Assembly: GCF_964204645.1 (NCBI RefSeq)
Contig: NC_134027.1
Span: forward strand, 24,204,560-24,268,559
Reading direction: 5' to 3'
DNA: 64,000 nt
Origin: Tubulanus polymorphus
Lineage: Eukaryota; Animalia; Nemertea
The position numbers and the translations under genes were made by a program. A model generated the notes under the pieces. The model saw nothing but the letters and a program-made list of their open reading frames with translations, did not search any database and was not told where the DNA came from. Shown here in pieces: positions 24,964-37,200 of the stretch; position 1 is the first letter of the stretch; the number at the start of each line of letters is the position of its first letter.

Positions 24964-24995
24964 ATACAAACAGTAAATTCAGAAACTCAGCCAAG

Positions 24996-26249
24996 ATGCC
25001 GTCGAAAGAAGAGATAATGCGAAATGCGCAAATTCGACAGATGACGAAACTTTTTGATCAGGCGAGGAAGTTACTTCATTCGGAAAGTGACGAAAGCCTA
25101 GACAAATTGTCTGGCGTCATAACTAGAATACGTACAAAATTGGAAGTTATCGCAGGATATGATTCGGAACTGATTGCGAACGCAGAGTTAGGGAAACTCG
25201 AAGACCTCGTATGTGAAACCGATGATTATATGAACGAAATAAACATCGAACTATCAACCTTCATCGGATACCTCGAACGGAAAAAGAATCAAATCGAACC
25301 GACAACGCGCATGAAATCCGAGCAACAAAAAACTGCGAAAAGACCGATCCAGTTGCCGAAGTTATCTTTGCCAACATTCGATGGCGATATTCTGAAATGG
25401 CAAACGTTCTTCGATGGGTTTTTCTCGGCAGTTGATAGTGATGAGAACTTAACGAATATCCAAAAGTTCCAATATCTGTCCGCACAGCTAAAGGGCGACG
25501 CAGCAAAAACGATCGAAAACCTGAGTTTAACAAACGAAAATTATAATCAAGCTTTGGAACTTTTGTTAAACCGGTACGGGACACCACACAAAATTGTGGC
25601 CGCATACATGAAAGCGTTGTGGGAGCTTTCACCACCGAGTGATCGCGACAACTCACTACGGAATTTCTATGACTCTCTGGAATCTTATATTCGTGGATTA
25701 AATTCACTCGGAAAATCCGAAGAATCGTACGGAGATCTGTTAGTACCCATCATAATGGAAAAACTACCGAGCGGAACTAAACAACAGATTACCAGAGACC
25801 ACGGTAACAATGCTTGGAGCCTGACTGATCTAAGAAAGTCACTCCTTAATGAAATTGAGGCCTTCGAGGCTAGTATCGAAAGCCTTACGATAGAGGATGA
25901 TTTTCCCACCAACTCGCCGACCGTGGGAGCGTTCGCAGTTACGGCGAAAAACAGACATAATTTTTCACGGGAAAACGATCGAAAATGTGCGTTCTGCAAA
26001 AAGATCAATCACGTTGCGGTGGACTGTAAAACGTTTCCAGATGCTGAAAAACGCAGAGAAATTGTTGCTAGGGATAATTTATGCTTTAATTGTCTCTCGA
26101 GCGGTCACAAATCGACGAAATGCTTATCGAAAAACAGATGCAGAGTTACAAACTGTGGCAAAAAGCATCACACATCAGTTCATTTAGATGCAAAATCAAC
26201 CACACCTGTGGCCGCAAAATCAACCGATGAGAAAGCTGACAGGGATTGA
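24996..26249 (+). CDS. BEL/Pao Gag (DUF1759-like region plus three zinc knuckles), 417 aa
   Basis: LPKLSLPTFDGDILKWQTFFDGF...KFQYL; CAFC...H...C, CFNCLSSGHKSTKC and CRVTNCGKKHHTSVH. Confidence 0.92.
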   Translation: MPSKEEIMRNAQIRQMTKLFDQARKLLHSESDESLDKLSGVITRIRTKLEVIAGYDSELIANAELGKLEDLVCETDDYMNEINIELSTFIGYLERKKNQIEPTTRMKSEQQKTAKRPIQLPKLSLPTFDGDILKWQTFFDGFFSAVDSDENLTNIQKFQYLSAQLKGDAAKTIENLSLTNENYNQALELLLNRYGTPHKIVAAYMKALWELSPPSDRDNSLRNFYDSLESYIRGLNSLGKSEESYGDLLVPIIMEKLPSGTKQQITRDHGNNAWSLTDLRKSLLNEIEAFEASIESLTIEDDFPTNSPTVGAFAVTAKNRHNFSRENDRKCAFCKKINHVAVDCKTFPDAEKRREIVARDNLCFNCLSSGHKSTKCLSKNRCRVTNCGKKHHTSVHLDAKSTTPVAAKSTDEKADRD

Positions 26250-27227
26250 CATCAGTATCTGGGCGCCGCCGATGGAACAGTGTTATTAAAAACAGCTATC
26301 GCGAACGCAAAAAGTCGCGAAGGCGTAACGACTAACGTAAACATCTTGTTCGACGAGGGCGCTCAGCGGAGTTTTATTACTCAAAGAACAGCCGAAAGAT
26401 TATATATAAACAGTGAAGAAACCGAAACTATATCGATCAACACATTTGGCGCGAAACAATCAAGTGCGCGGTCACTGATTGTTGCGAACTTTACACTATG
26501 TTCTGATGAAACCGACATACCGATAACGGCGTTAATTGTTCCACAAATTGCGTCGACAATGCGAAACCAAACCGGCAGATCTATCAAAGATTTACCGTAT
26601 CTGACAGGTTTGAAATTAGCGCATCCGTTTTCTACCGAATCACACTTCGAAATCGACATTTTAATCGATGCCGATTTCTATTGGTCAGTGGTCGGTAACC
26701 ACACAATCCGCGGAAATGGACCCACGGCAGTATCTTCGAAATTAGGGTATCTTCTCTCTGGACCGTTTAGTGATTGCGATCCAATAAATACTGCACGAGT
26801 TTACAACGTGGATGTTACGTCACATCGTTCGGAGGAAGTCAACCTCCAAAAATTCTGGGATCTCGAATCCATAGGCGTAACTGATGCAACAGATGCGGCT
26901 TCAAAAGAATTCAATCTACTCGACTACTGTCAATCAAGCCTGACGACATCCGACACGGGACGGTATACTGCGAAGTTGCCGTGGAAGAGTGGACACGCCC
27001 CCCTTCCGACAAATTACTATGTTACTCGAAACATAACACAGTCGATGATTCGTCGGCTATCGCCGCAAGAAAGTGAACTCAAAACCTATCGCTTCAAGGT
27101 TATATTGTTCGGCGTGGTGAGTTCACCCTTTATATTGAATGCTACTGTTCGTTTTCATCTAAATAATTATAATAACCATGTATCACGTGACTTAGTTAAA
27201 AATATATATGTCGACAACGCAATGTAG
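26250..27227 (+). pseudogene. BEL/Pao aspartic protease (DUF1758-like) fused by deletion to an RT fragment; RNase H and integrase absent
   Basis: ILFDEGAQRSFIT protease motif, IDILIDADFYW and KFWDLESIG, then a jump to YRFKVILFGVVSSPFIL...NIYVDN*. In frame with gag after a single TGA. Confidence 0.88.
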
Positions 27228-28210
27228 TAGACTTTATAATCTTAGTTTCAGAATTAATTTCAATTATACACATCATTTTTAGTTGTCAGTAGTTCCTTAT
27301 CTGACTATCATAAATTTATAACAATATACATGCATCATTTATTCGAATATCGATATTATTTAGTTGTAGTAACATTTTTCTTAATTACATCTATCTAGTA
27401 ATTTTCTGTCGCCCGGGAGAATGTCGGGAATTGTTATATGTCAGTTACCAGTAACGCACTCCCCTCAGTTCATGTAACCCCGCCTATGTAAGCCCCGCAT
27501 GAACTTATGCTGTAGCGAGTAGATAAATAAATCAGAGTTTACTTAGACACCAAACATATTGGTCGTTGCTCACCTCTCCGGCGGTCTTGCTTATTTTACT
27601 CAAACCTGGACCATTTAATGTGGCAATCATAGCCCACAGTGCAGTCATAGATGAAATGCAGCTCATCTCCTACAGTGTTAGGACACAGTCTTTCACTTCT
27701 GTCTATATGAGCGTTCGATCGTTTATTTACCGGTAACAAATAGGAACCAATTCTGAATTCGAATAAGCTACGCGCAAGACTTTCGTCAAGTTGAGTTATA
27801 TATCTTTCAAGTTTAACATCGTTTTTATATAGATTGAAATTAAGACAACCACTAGCGAACCTGCGGGTGTATCCTCGCCTGTCCAATGTGGTAGCGCTGC
27901 GGGTACCCCATCCCGCCGTCATTCATTTCTCTGTGTTATTTAACTTTGTTGACGTATTGCTAAAATGTTTTATTGTAAAAATTATAAGTGTCAATAAAGA
28001 ATTTGAATTGAATTGTATCATCAAGTCCGCAATATGATAACGTAAGTTCAATCCATAATCCGAAATTTAGTATTTAACGATAACGAAGGTCATGGTGGAG
28101 CTCGTATTTCCGGTTTCGGTGTGTGCTGGAAAAAAAGCGTGTGAGATTTTTATTACTCTGAATTAAAAGTTAAGAGAATTGGCTTTGAATACGGTGCAGG
28201 AGTCGGAGAT

Positions 28211-31200
28211 ATGGTCGAGGATGATAACAAGACGAGAGTGTTGGCAAAATTATCACGTAAGAACAATGAAAACCGTCCTTCTAAATCTTAATGAGAAATA
28301 TTTTCTTTTTCCCGTTTTTTGAATTTTGTTAATTGTTGCATTTCTCTGCTGTGAATTATTTTCGGGCCCAAGAAGTCGAAACACCTTATAACTTCAAAAT
28401 GAATCACGTCAATTTAGTTCATAGAAAACGTTATTTTTCCGCTTTCGAGAGTTTTTTCGGGTTCGAAAAGTCTGGTCCTCCTTATCATTACCGAGATAAC
28501 GTAATTTACCGAGATCAACCGAGCGAGATGACATGAAATATATAAAATGTATATATATTCCTTACCGATTTTAACACTTGAAATCATATTATATCAGTAA
28601 TAAATGCCTGCTGGAGTCATATTTTACATATTTTGTCAGATATTTTTGTAGGAAAATAACTTTTAACTTAACCGAGATGAGATCGTCGATCAATCAAATT
28701 CAATGAAATTTTATTGCTAACCGAGATGACGTATTTGAAGTCAAAATTTTTTTTACAAAATATCTGGAAAAATATGACTAGAAGATATTTATTACTGATA
28801 AAACATGATTTCAAGTGTTAAAATCGATAAGGATTAAATAAATATGTTATATTTCATGTCATCTCGGTTGATGTCGGTAAATTATGTCATCTCGGTAATA
28901 AGGATGACCCAATTTTGTAGCAGGCCTAAATGAAGGCCGAAAATCAGGGTAGTGGGTGTATAATCGTTATTTTATTCCTCAGCTCTGACGGTAGCGCGTT
29001 TTGAACCGGTCGGACGATGGTTCGAGGCTCACGGTTTACGACGACTGCACCAGAAGTCGCTGTCTCACAACTCGATCGAGTCGTCGACGTCCGAAGCGAG
29101 TTCGGCCGAACTCAGCGACAACGAGGAAAACGACGCGTTCTTGCGATCGCTGGATCCCACCGACTGGAAGGTGAGAGGCTATCCATCAAACGCGGTCCCG
29201 ACCGTTGATTCTTTAAAAAAAACTCCTTCTAAGATGGAAAATGCTTTTAAAGCCTAGCGCACATCGACAAAGCGACTGGAGACAACTAGTTGCTAGTGAG
29301 CGAGTACCCCGCGCACATCGAAAATTTAGTAAAAACCAGCAACTACGTGGCTCATGCCGGTCGCTAGGTCTATAGCGCACACATCGACAGCATCTGAGAT
29401 GTGTTATCTAGCAAATATTCTTGAGGGCATCACAAGTCACGTGACAAATAGCTTTGTTTTAGTCAGTTACAACCATGTGTTGTTGATTATGGAGCGCTCA
29501 CATCGACGGATATGAGAGCAACTGAGTACAACTAGTTGCTCAAAAGTAGAACATGAGCAACTGGGTGGAACTGGAGATAGCTAGTTGTCTCCAATCGCAG
29601 TGTCGATGTGCGCTAGGCTTAAAGGTGCTCGAAACACCTTTTATTTGAACTGAGTGCCCGAACTCCTTCAATTTTGAGAAATACTCTATTAGAAATTTTT
29701 TTCCAGTTTATATAATAGGTGAATATATGAAGTCTGGCCATATTTGCTTCTTCGCTGAATCCCCCGCGGTTGTGCTACTGTACCGCGCAGAGTGTGGCCG
29801 ATAAGTCAAGCTCTGCAAATGTTTTTAACCCCCAGTGACCCATTTTCTTCAATCCTTCTAGTGCCGACGAATAAGAACTGGAGATAATTTTGAAATTTTT
29901 CACAAACATTTGGCCCCAGTGTGTCGAATAATGGGCATTACGCCCCTATGGTGTGTCTATGCCTCCAAACTGTATATCGTTAGTTACTAATATTTCTAAT
30001 ATTACTAATATTTAAGACAGGTGCTGCCATCTTATGATAGAGTTAAAACTAATTACCAATAACATCAATACGCTCTGATGCGTTGTACTTAATACATGTT
30101 GACAGTTCTAATTCTCTCATTCGCTATTAACTGTCATCCTTAAAACCGGACCACAAGTGTCATCTATTCGGAGAAATGTGTTTAACCTCATCCCATAGTA
30201 TTGATTGACGATTTTTGAATTGTTTTTTGTTTGCTCTTTTTTCTAGAACCAAGACCACTACGCTGTGCTTGGGCTCGGTAAACTTCGTTACAAAGCCTCG
30301 GAACTTCAAGTTAAAAAAGCCTGTAAGTTAAGATTGCCAGGTCTGAACGCAGCACACAACCCTGTGGAACTGGGTCTAGAGTGGCATTTAAACCAACCCA
30401 CACAACTGTGGAACTGGATCCGGAGTCAAGTTGAACCTACACAACTGTGGAACTGGATCCAGAGTCAAATTAATCCCACACAACTGTAGAACTGGATCCA
30501 GAGTCAAATTAAACCCACACAACTGTGGAACTGGATCCAGAGTCAAATTAAACCCTCAAAACTGTTGCACTGGATCCAGACACAAATTAGACCCACACAA
30601 TTGTGGAACTGGATCTAGGGTCAAATTAAACCCACACAACTGTGGAACTGGATCTAGGGTCATATTAAACCCACACAACTGTTGAACTGGGTCCTAGAGT
30701 TGGATTAAACCTACACAACTGTGGAACTGGGTCCTAAGTCGGAAATGACCTACAAGACTGTTTTACCAGACTAAAATAACTACATGTGGAACTGGATCCA
30801 GAGTCAAGTTGAACCCACACAACTGTAGAACTGGATCCAGAATCAAATCCACACAACTGTGGAACTAGATTCATAGTCAAATTAAACCCACACAATAGTG
30901 GAATTCGGTTCAAAGTGTAATAAAAAATCACAAAACTTGTGGCTTGAGTTCCGAGTCAAAAAACGATATAATTCTTCTCAATCGTTTGTTGAATGCTGAA
31001 TAACTTTCCACGTTTCGTTTTTTTCACAGTCAAGAAGAAAGTTTTACGCCATCATCCGGATAAACGTAAATCTCGCGGTTTAGACGTCAACGACGGAGAC
31101 GACGACTACTTTTCGTGCATCACTAAAGGTACCGGTTTTTTGGCGTCTGCTGATTCTTCGTAATTTAACCACTGCGTACGCAGCGTTACGCGCCGCTTGA

Positions 31201-34200
31201 ATGTTAATCGCATTAATTTCGTTTACTTGATTTTGCCAGCGAATGAAGTTCTCGGAAACGCCGCCAGGAGGCGCGCTTACGACAGCGTCGATCCTTCGTT
31301 CGACGACGATGTGCCGTCCGTTAATCAGAGCAATAAAGACAAATTCTTCGACGTGTTTGGTCCAGTTTTTGAAGCGAACGCCAGGTATATTTACGAATTG
31401 TCGGGTTTAAGTTTGCAGATACCCGTGAGTTGATATGATCGAGTCCAGCAAATTTATGCATTACGCAGGGTGCCTATCACTCCTTGATTCCGTCAAAACT
31501 TCTTATCGGAAAATTTTTTTAATGTGCTTGAAACTTCTTTTATTTTTGTGCAAAATGCCTTAAACTCCTTTTAAATCCTTCAATTTTTAGAAATAGGCAA
31601 TTACCGTAGAAATTTTCGTCTAGTTTGTAGTAGTACAGTAGACTACCCCTAAATCGATACAGTTGGGACCATGATTTGTTCTTACCAATTAGGTGTTACC
31701 GAATACGAAATCGAGTTTAGGTTGCATTAAGGATGAAAATTTGCTTACAAAACAACTGAAAATGATGGTTTACTGAGATGAACCGTACCGATTTAGGACG
31801 AGTCTTCAGTAACTGATCTGAATGATGACGTGTTTCATGAATTTTTAGGTGGTCGAACAAAAAGCGAGTGCCCAATTTCGGCGACATGGGCAGCACATTT
31901 GAGGACGTGAACAAATTTTACAACTTCTGGTGAGAAAACGTTTCTATAGATAATCGCTGGTTTTTCTTACGATCGCAGTAAGAAAGAAAAAGCGCGGATT
32001 TCGTTCGCGCAATTTTTGATTTCGGATTTTTGTTTCTCTTCGCGAACAGGTACGACTTCGATTCGTGGCGCGAATACTCTTACCTCGACGAAGAGGAAAA
32101 AGAAAAGGGCGAAAAGTGAGAAGAAAACCTCGACTGAAAGATTTTTAAAAATGATTTTCAGGGTCCCTGCAACTCCTTGATTCCTTGAAAACTCCTTCTA
32201 AACCAAAAATATTTTTCAAGGTCCTTGAATATCCTTGAATTTTAGCAAAATGTCCAAAAGGCCCTGGAAACTCCTTGAATTTTGAGAAATTGGCAATTTT
32301 TTGGCTCAAGGCCTAGTTATTATACACACAAATTCCACCTGAATAAAAGGTTTACTGAGTAAAACAGTACCGATTCAGGAGGTGTCAACAGTAGTTGAGA
32401 TATGAAAGTGATGCAAACACTCCTCGCAAATTTGAAATTTTCTTCTTGAAAAGTCCTCGAATTCTCGAATGACTGATTTGTAGGAACCCTGGATTTTGCA
32501 ACGAAAATGTTTCTCCTCTCTAACACCACGTGGTATTCGCTTTCCGTCTGAATTTCAGTCGCGAAGAAAGACGTTGGATCGACAAACAAAATAAAGCCGA
32601 ACGACAGAGGCGAAAAAAGGAAGAGGTGACGAGAATTCGAACATTGGTCGGTATGTATATTTTAACTGGCTTCATGCTTGCACAAGTACTTCTTGATTCT
32701 GCAAACGATCCTCTTCAATTGAAGAAACATTTTCAACACACTCGACCTCTAGTTTTATAAGAAATAGCTCTCTATTACACTCATGGAATTCAGGGCCCAG
32801 TTGCACAGTCGTGACTTAAGTCCAAAAGTGGTCTTAAATCTTAAGACTGGTCTTAAGTTGTTAGATTGGCTATAGAACTAAGTTGGTCTTAGACTAGTCT
32901 AAAGTCTAAGCCATGACTATGCAACCAGCCACAAGGTTCTTACTGATCAATAAAAATCGGGGAGTTTTAGATTTGTTTTTCGGTGCATAGGGAATTTTTT
33001 TTTCTTGCTGGCACAACCCGCGCCGAGGAAATCTTATGTTATGATTTAATCGGGGATTTTTTTTTTATCGGGGGAAATATTTTGGCTGATTTGTAAGAAC
33101 ACGGATCTACTAACTCTGTTTTGCTGCCAAGTGTTGTTATTTCGCTGAAAATGTCGAACTATTTCCCGCGTAGATAACGCGTACGCGTGCGATCCGAGAA
33201 TCCAGAAATTCAAGGACGAAGAAAAAGAGAAGAAACTGGCGCAAAAACGGGCGAAACAAGAAGCGGCGAGACTAAGAGCGGAGGAGGAAGTGCGGGTGAG
33301 TCGAGCGGGGTCGTTATTACTGGGTCCGAAAAACAAAATGGTGGCATTTTCAACTGCGGAATATGATTAGCATTTAGGGTCTAGCATATCAGGGTCGGGT
33401 TACACCGCGTAATAGGGTAGATGAGGGGTAAGGCTAAAAGTAGTCAATTCCAAGCAGCCGGCTTGATCCGTCCAGGTGTTCGGTTTTTCTTCAGGTGAAG
33501 AAGGCTGCGGAAGAAGAGGCAAGAAAGAAGAAAGAAAAAGAAGAGGCGGAAGCTAAAGCTCAGGTTAGTAAAAAAAATCTCACATCTTGGGAAGAATCAG
33601 ATCGCTACACAATTTCATGATGTCATAGGGAGATATAGGGGCGCAGCCATCTTGTATGGAAGGGTCTATGCATATGCATCGAATTGATCGTGGGTTATTT
33701 GATGATATCTCCAATTGAGGTGGCAGCCATCTTGCCACGGTCAACAGATCTGATCTCTATGCGTTTTGATGATGTCATAGAGAGATTTAGGAGAGTCAAA
33801 AAGTAAGGAGTAAAGTAGACCCAGTTACCAGTACCGATAGGTGATTTGATGTCATAGGGGGGCAGCCCTCTTATATGGAAGTTGATATAGATCTTAAATC
33901 AATTTCGTTCATTGGAGTAAATATTGGAATTCTCACTTCTTTCTTGAAATTAAATCAGGGAAAAGTCAGGGTATTTTAATTTGTGGTGCCTATGGTTGTT
34001 CTTGTTGTATCTTGTCAAGAAATGCCCCCCCCCCCCCACACTGAGGATATCTAATAATTGTATCGGGGAAATTTTTTGGTCCGGGGTCAGGGAATTTGAG
34101 CTGTTTCAAATCTATTTTGAATTGTAAAATTGTAAATCATAAGCGAGTTGTAAATTGTTTTCAGGCGGCCGCGCTGAAGAAGGAAAAAGAGGCCCAGAAA

Positions 34201-37200
34201 CGAGTTTTGAAAAAGGAGAGAAAAACGTTTCGCACGGCTCTGCAGGAATTCGATTATTTCGCGACCGATGCCGATAATAAAGTGTCTCAGATGCAGGACG
34301 TCGATCGACTAGCCGAGTCTTTATCAGCGGTCTGGTAAATATCATTCAGTTAGTTCAATTACATTGTCAGATTATAACTAAGAACAATGGAACTGGGTTC
34401 AGCACTGTGGTTATGATTTCAGAACTGTGAATCTGGGTTCAGAATAGTGGTTACAGGTCCAGAACTGTGAATCTGGGTTCAGAACTGTGGTTATGATTCC
34501 AGAATTGTGAATCTGGGTTCAGAATAGTGGTTACGGGTCCAGAACTGTGAATCTGGGTTCAGAACTGTGGTTATGGGTCCAGAACTGTGAATCTGGGTTC
34601 AGAATAGTGGTTATGATTCCAGAACTGTGAATCTGGGTTCAGAACTGTGGTAATGATTCCAGAATTGTGAATCTGGGTTCAGAATAGTGGTTACGGGTCC
34701 AGAACTGTGAATCTGGGTTCAGAACTGTGGTTACGGGTCCAGAACTGTGAATCTGGGTTCAGAACTGTGGTTATGGGTCCAGAACTGTGAATCTGGGTTC
34801 AGAATAGTGGTTACAGGTCCAGAACTGTGAATCTGTGTTCAGAACTGTGGTTACAGGTCCAGAACTGTGAATCTGTGTTCAGAACTGTGGTTATGGGTCT
34901 AGAACTGTGAATCTGGGTTCAAAATAGTGGTTATGAGTCCAGAATTGTAAAACTAGGTTCAGAGCTGTTGTTATGATTTCAGAACTGTGAATCCGGGTTC
35001 AGAACTGTGGTTACGGGTCCAGAACTGTGGAACAGTTTTTTTTCAAATTATGGAATTGTATAAAACAAAAATGTGGAATCGGGTTCAGAACTGTGGAACT
35101 GGGTCCAGAACTGTGGAATTGGGTTCAGAACTGTGGAATTTGGGTTCAGGACTATGGAATTGTGTTCAAAACTGGAACGATTGTTTTCCAGCAAAAATGA
35201 ATTTTGAGTTTCTTTCTCAGGTCTGTGCAGTTTTAAGTTAGATTACATGTACCTCATTTCCAAGCATTTCAAAACTCTAGAATCAACTGTTCTATTTACA
35301 GTTGACACTATTTCCAGTCTTGAATGTTGAAATAAATCTAGGAGGATGGGTGAAAGTATTCCATCCAAAACGCTAGAATAGAAAAATAGCTATTGTTTTT
35401 TGGAATCTCTATTGTAATATTGTGTTTACGCAACTGTTCTATTTACCGGTACAGTTTACAAGAGTTGAATAAAGAATTGACAAGCGGCGACAAAGTGCGA
35501 GCGAGAACAGCTTTCAATACTCAGGTCAGTTTCCGCAGGCTTAGCCACATCCTTCCTCAGCAGGTATTCGAACCTGATGGCATCGCTATACTCAGCCACG
35601 ATACGAACCTCTGCCACACTAGACCGGGTGTTAACAGGTACATGTGCAGGTTTGCTGTACAAAATCAGATTGCCCATGTCATAATTCTGGAGGCAAATTT
35701 CACGGAAGAACTTGAAATCGGATAACCGGATTAAGAAAAAGTGGGATATCTGATTGGCTAATTATGACATCATCTAAGCTGCGTATCTGGTCTAGTGTGG
35801 CAGGGTTTCGTAGCGTGGCAATCTCGATGCCGTCAGGTTCTAATCCCTGCCGGGGGAAAATGGATTTGCTATTCAAATACGTATTCATAGAAAACTTCTC
35901 TTAATGAATGACGTATGCAAATTTCAGGTCCAGATCATGAACGATAAATTGGCGAAGGAGAAAGAGGAGCTGCTAGCGAAGTTACATCGAACGAGTGGCG
36001 CATCGGGCACCGGCGGCGCGGGTAGCGGTAAAAACCGTAAATGGAAGGACGACGAGACGACGATGTTGATCAAAGCTGTGAATCTATTCCCGGCCGGAAC
36101 CGTGCAAAGGTCGGTTAAAACGTGAATTTTGAACGCATATCGCTCCCGCGTTCGATTTGGGCAAAATGAACTGCGAATGATTATTTTTACCGATGACGCT
36201 AGCTGACATTTTATCGTTTTTCAGATGGGAAACGGTCGCTAATTTCATCAATCAACATTGCGGCTCATCGTTTAACGCTAAGGAAAGTTTGAACAAAGCG
36301 AAAGATCTACAGAAAATGGGTGAGTGGGAAATTTTTTTTTTCTGACCACAAGAATTTCCAAAGAGATATATTCAAATTCGTAGCCGTCCTTCATTTCTGT
36401 AGTGGATGGCTCCGGGTAGACCTGTATTTGGAGCCATCCTCCTAGTGGACGTGGTTATGGCAGTGTCATCGGCTACGAATGAAAACCAGCGATGAAACTT
36501 AGGATTTTCCATTGAATAGTTTTTCGGCCTCGAATGACCTGGATTAAATCTACCGATGCCGAACTTTTCTGTCGATTCATGATCGCTTGTTTCGTGGATT
36601 TCAGATCCGTCCGCTATGAAAGAGGAAGCGAATAAAAAGGCGTACGATAAATTCTCGAAAGGGAAAGAGGAGGCGCCGGCTGTTCATATACAAGATAAAA
36701 TCAGTGAAAGATACGACAGTAAGTGATGCTTCATTAATTCCTGACCCCCCTTGAGACAATCGCCATTTTAGCGTGGACGATCAGTTTATGAAAGTGTGCT
36801 GATAAAATGTCTTATGTCTGGTGTTTGTAGTTCATTTTCGATTAAAAATGTCTCTGGTGAAGTTCTGAACACATGTGAAGTGTGGACGATCAGTTTTTGA
36901 AAGCGTGTCTAATATCTGGTGTTTGTAGTTCAATTTAATTAAAAAAAGATGAAGCCCTGAACACATGTGAAGTGTGGACGATCAGCTAATTGAAAGTGCA
37001 TTGATGAAATGTCTGGTGTTTGTAGTTCAATTTAAATTATAAATGTCTCTGGTGAAGTCCTCAACACCTGTGAAGTGGTGGACAATCAAATTTCGAAAGT
37101 GTGCTGATAAAATGTATTATATCTGGTGTTTTTAGTTTTCAATTAAAAATGTGAAGTCCTGAACATATGTAAAGTGTGAATCATCCAAAATTGAAAGAAT

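Larger units (their letters stand above)
24737..27638 (+). mobile_element. BEL/Pao LTR retrotransposon, internally deleted (non-autonomous)
   Basis: LTRs 24737-24942 and 27422-27638 (TGT...ACA, near-identical except an 11-bp indel and one substitution seen); 5-bp TSD GTGCA; PBS at 24946-24963; purine-rich gcccgggaga before the 3' LTR. Confidence 0.95.
24345..27850 (-). mobile_element. 5'-truncated LINE (RTE-X/CR1-group-like C-terminal zinc-finger region) split by the BEL insertion; pieces 27644-27850 and 24345-24736
   Basis: Minus-strand ...LERYITQLDESLARSLFEFRIGSYLLPV...ERLCPNTVGDELHFIYDC continues past the LTR element into a 3'UTR ending in an (ATCTT)n tail at ~24345-24360. Confidence 0.75.
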
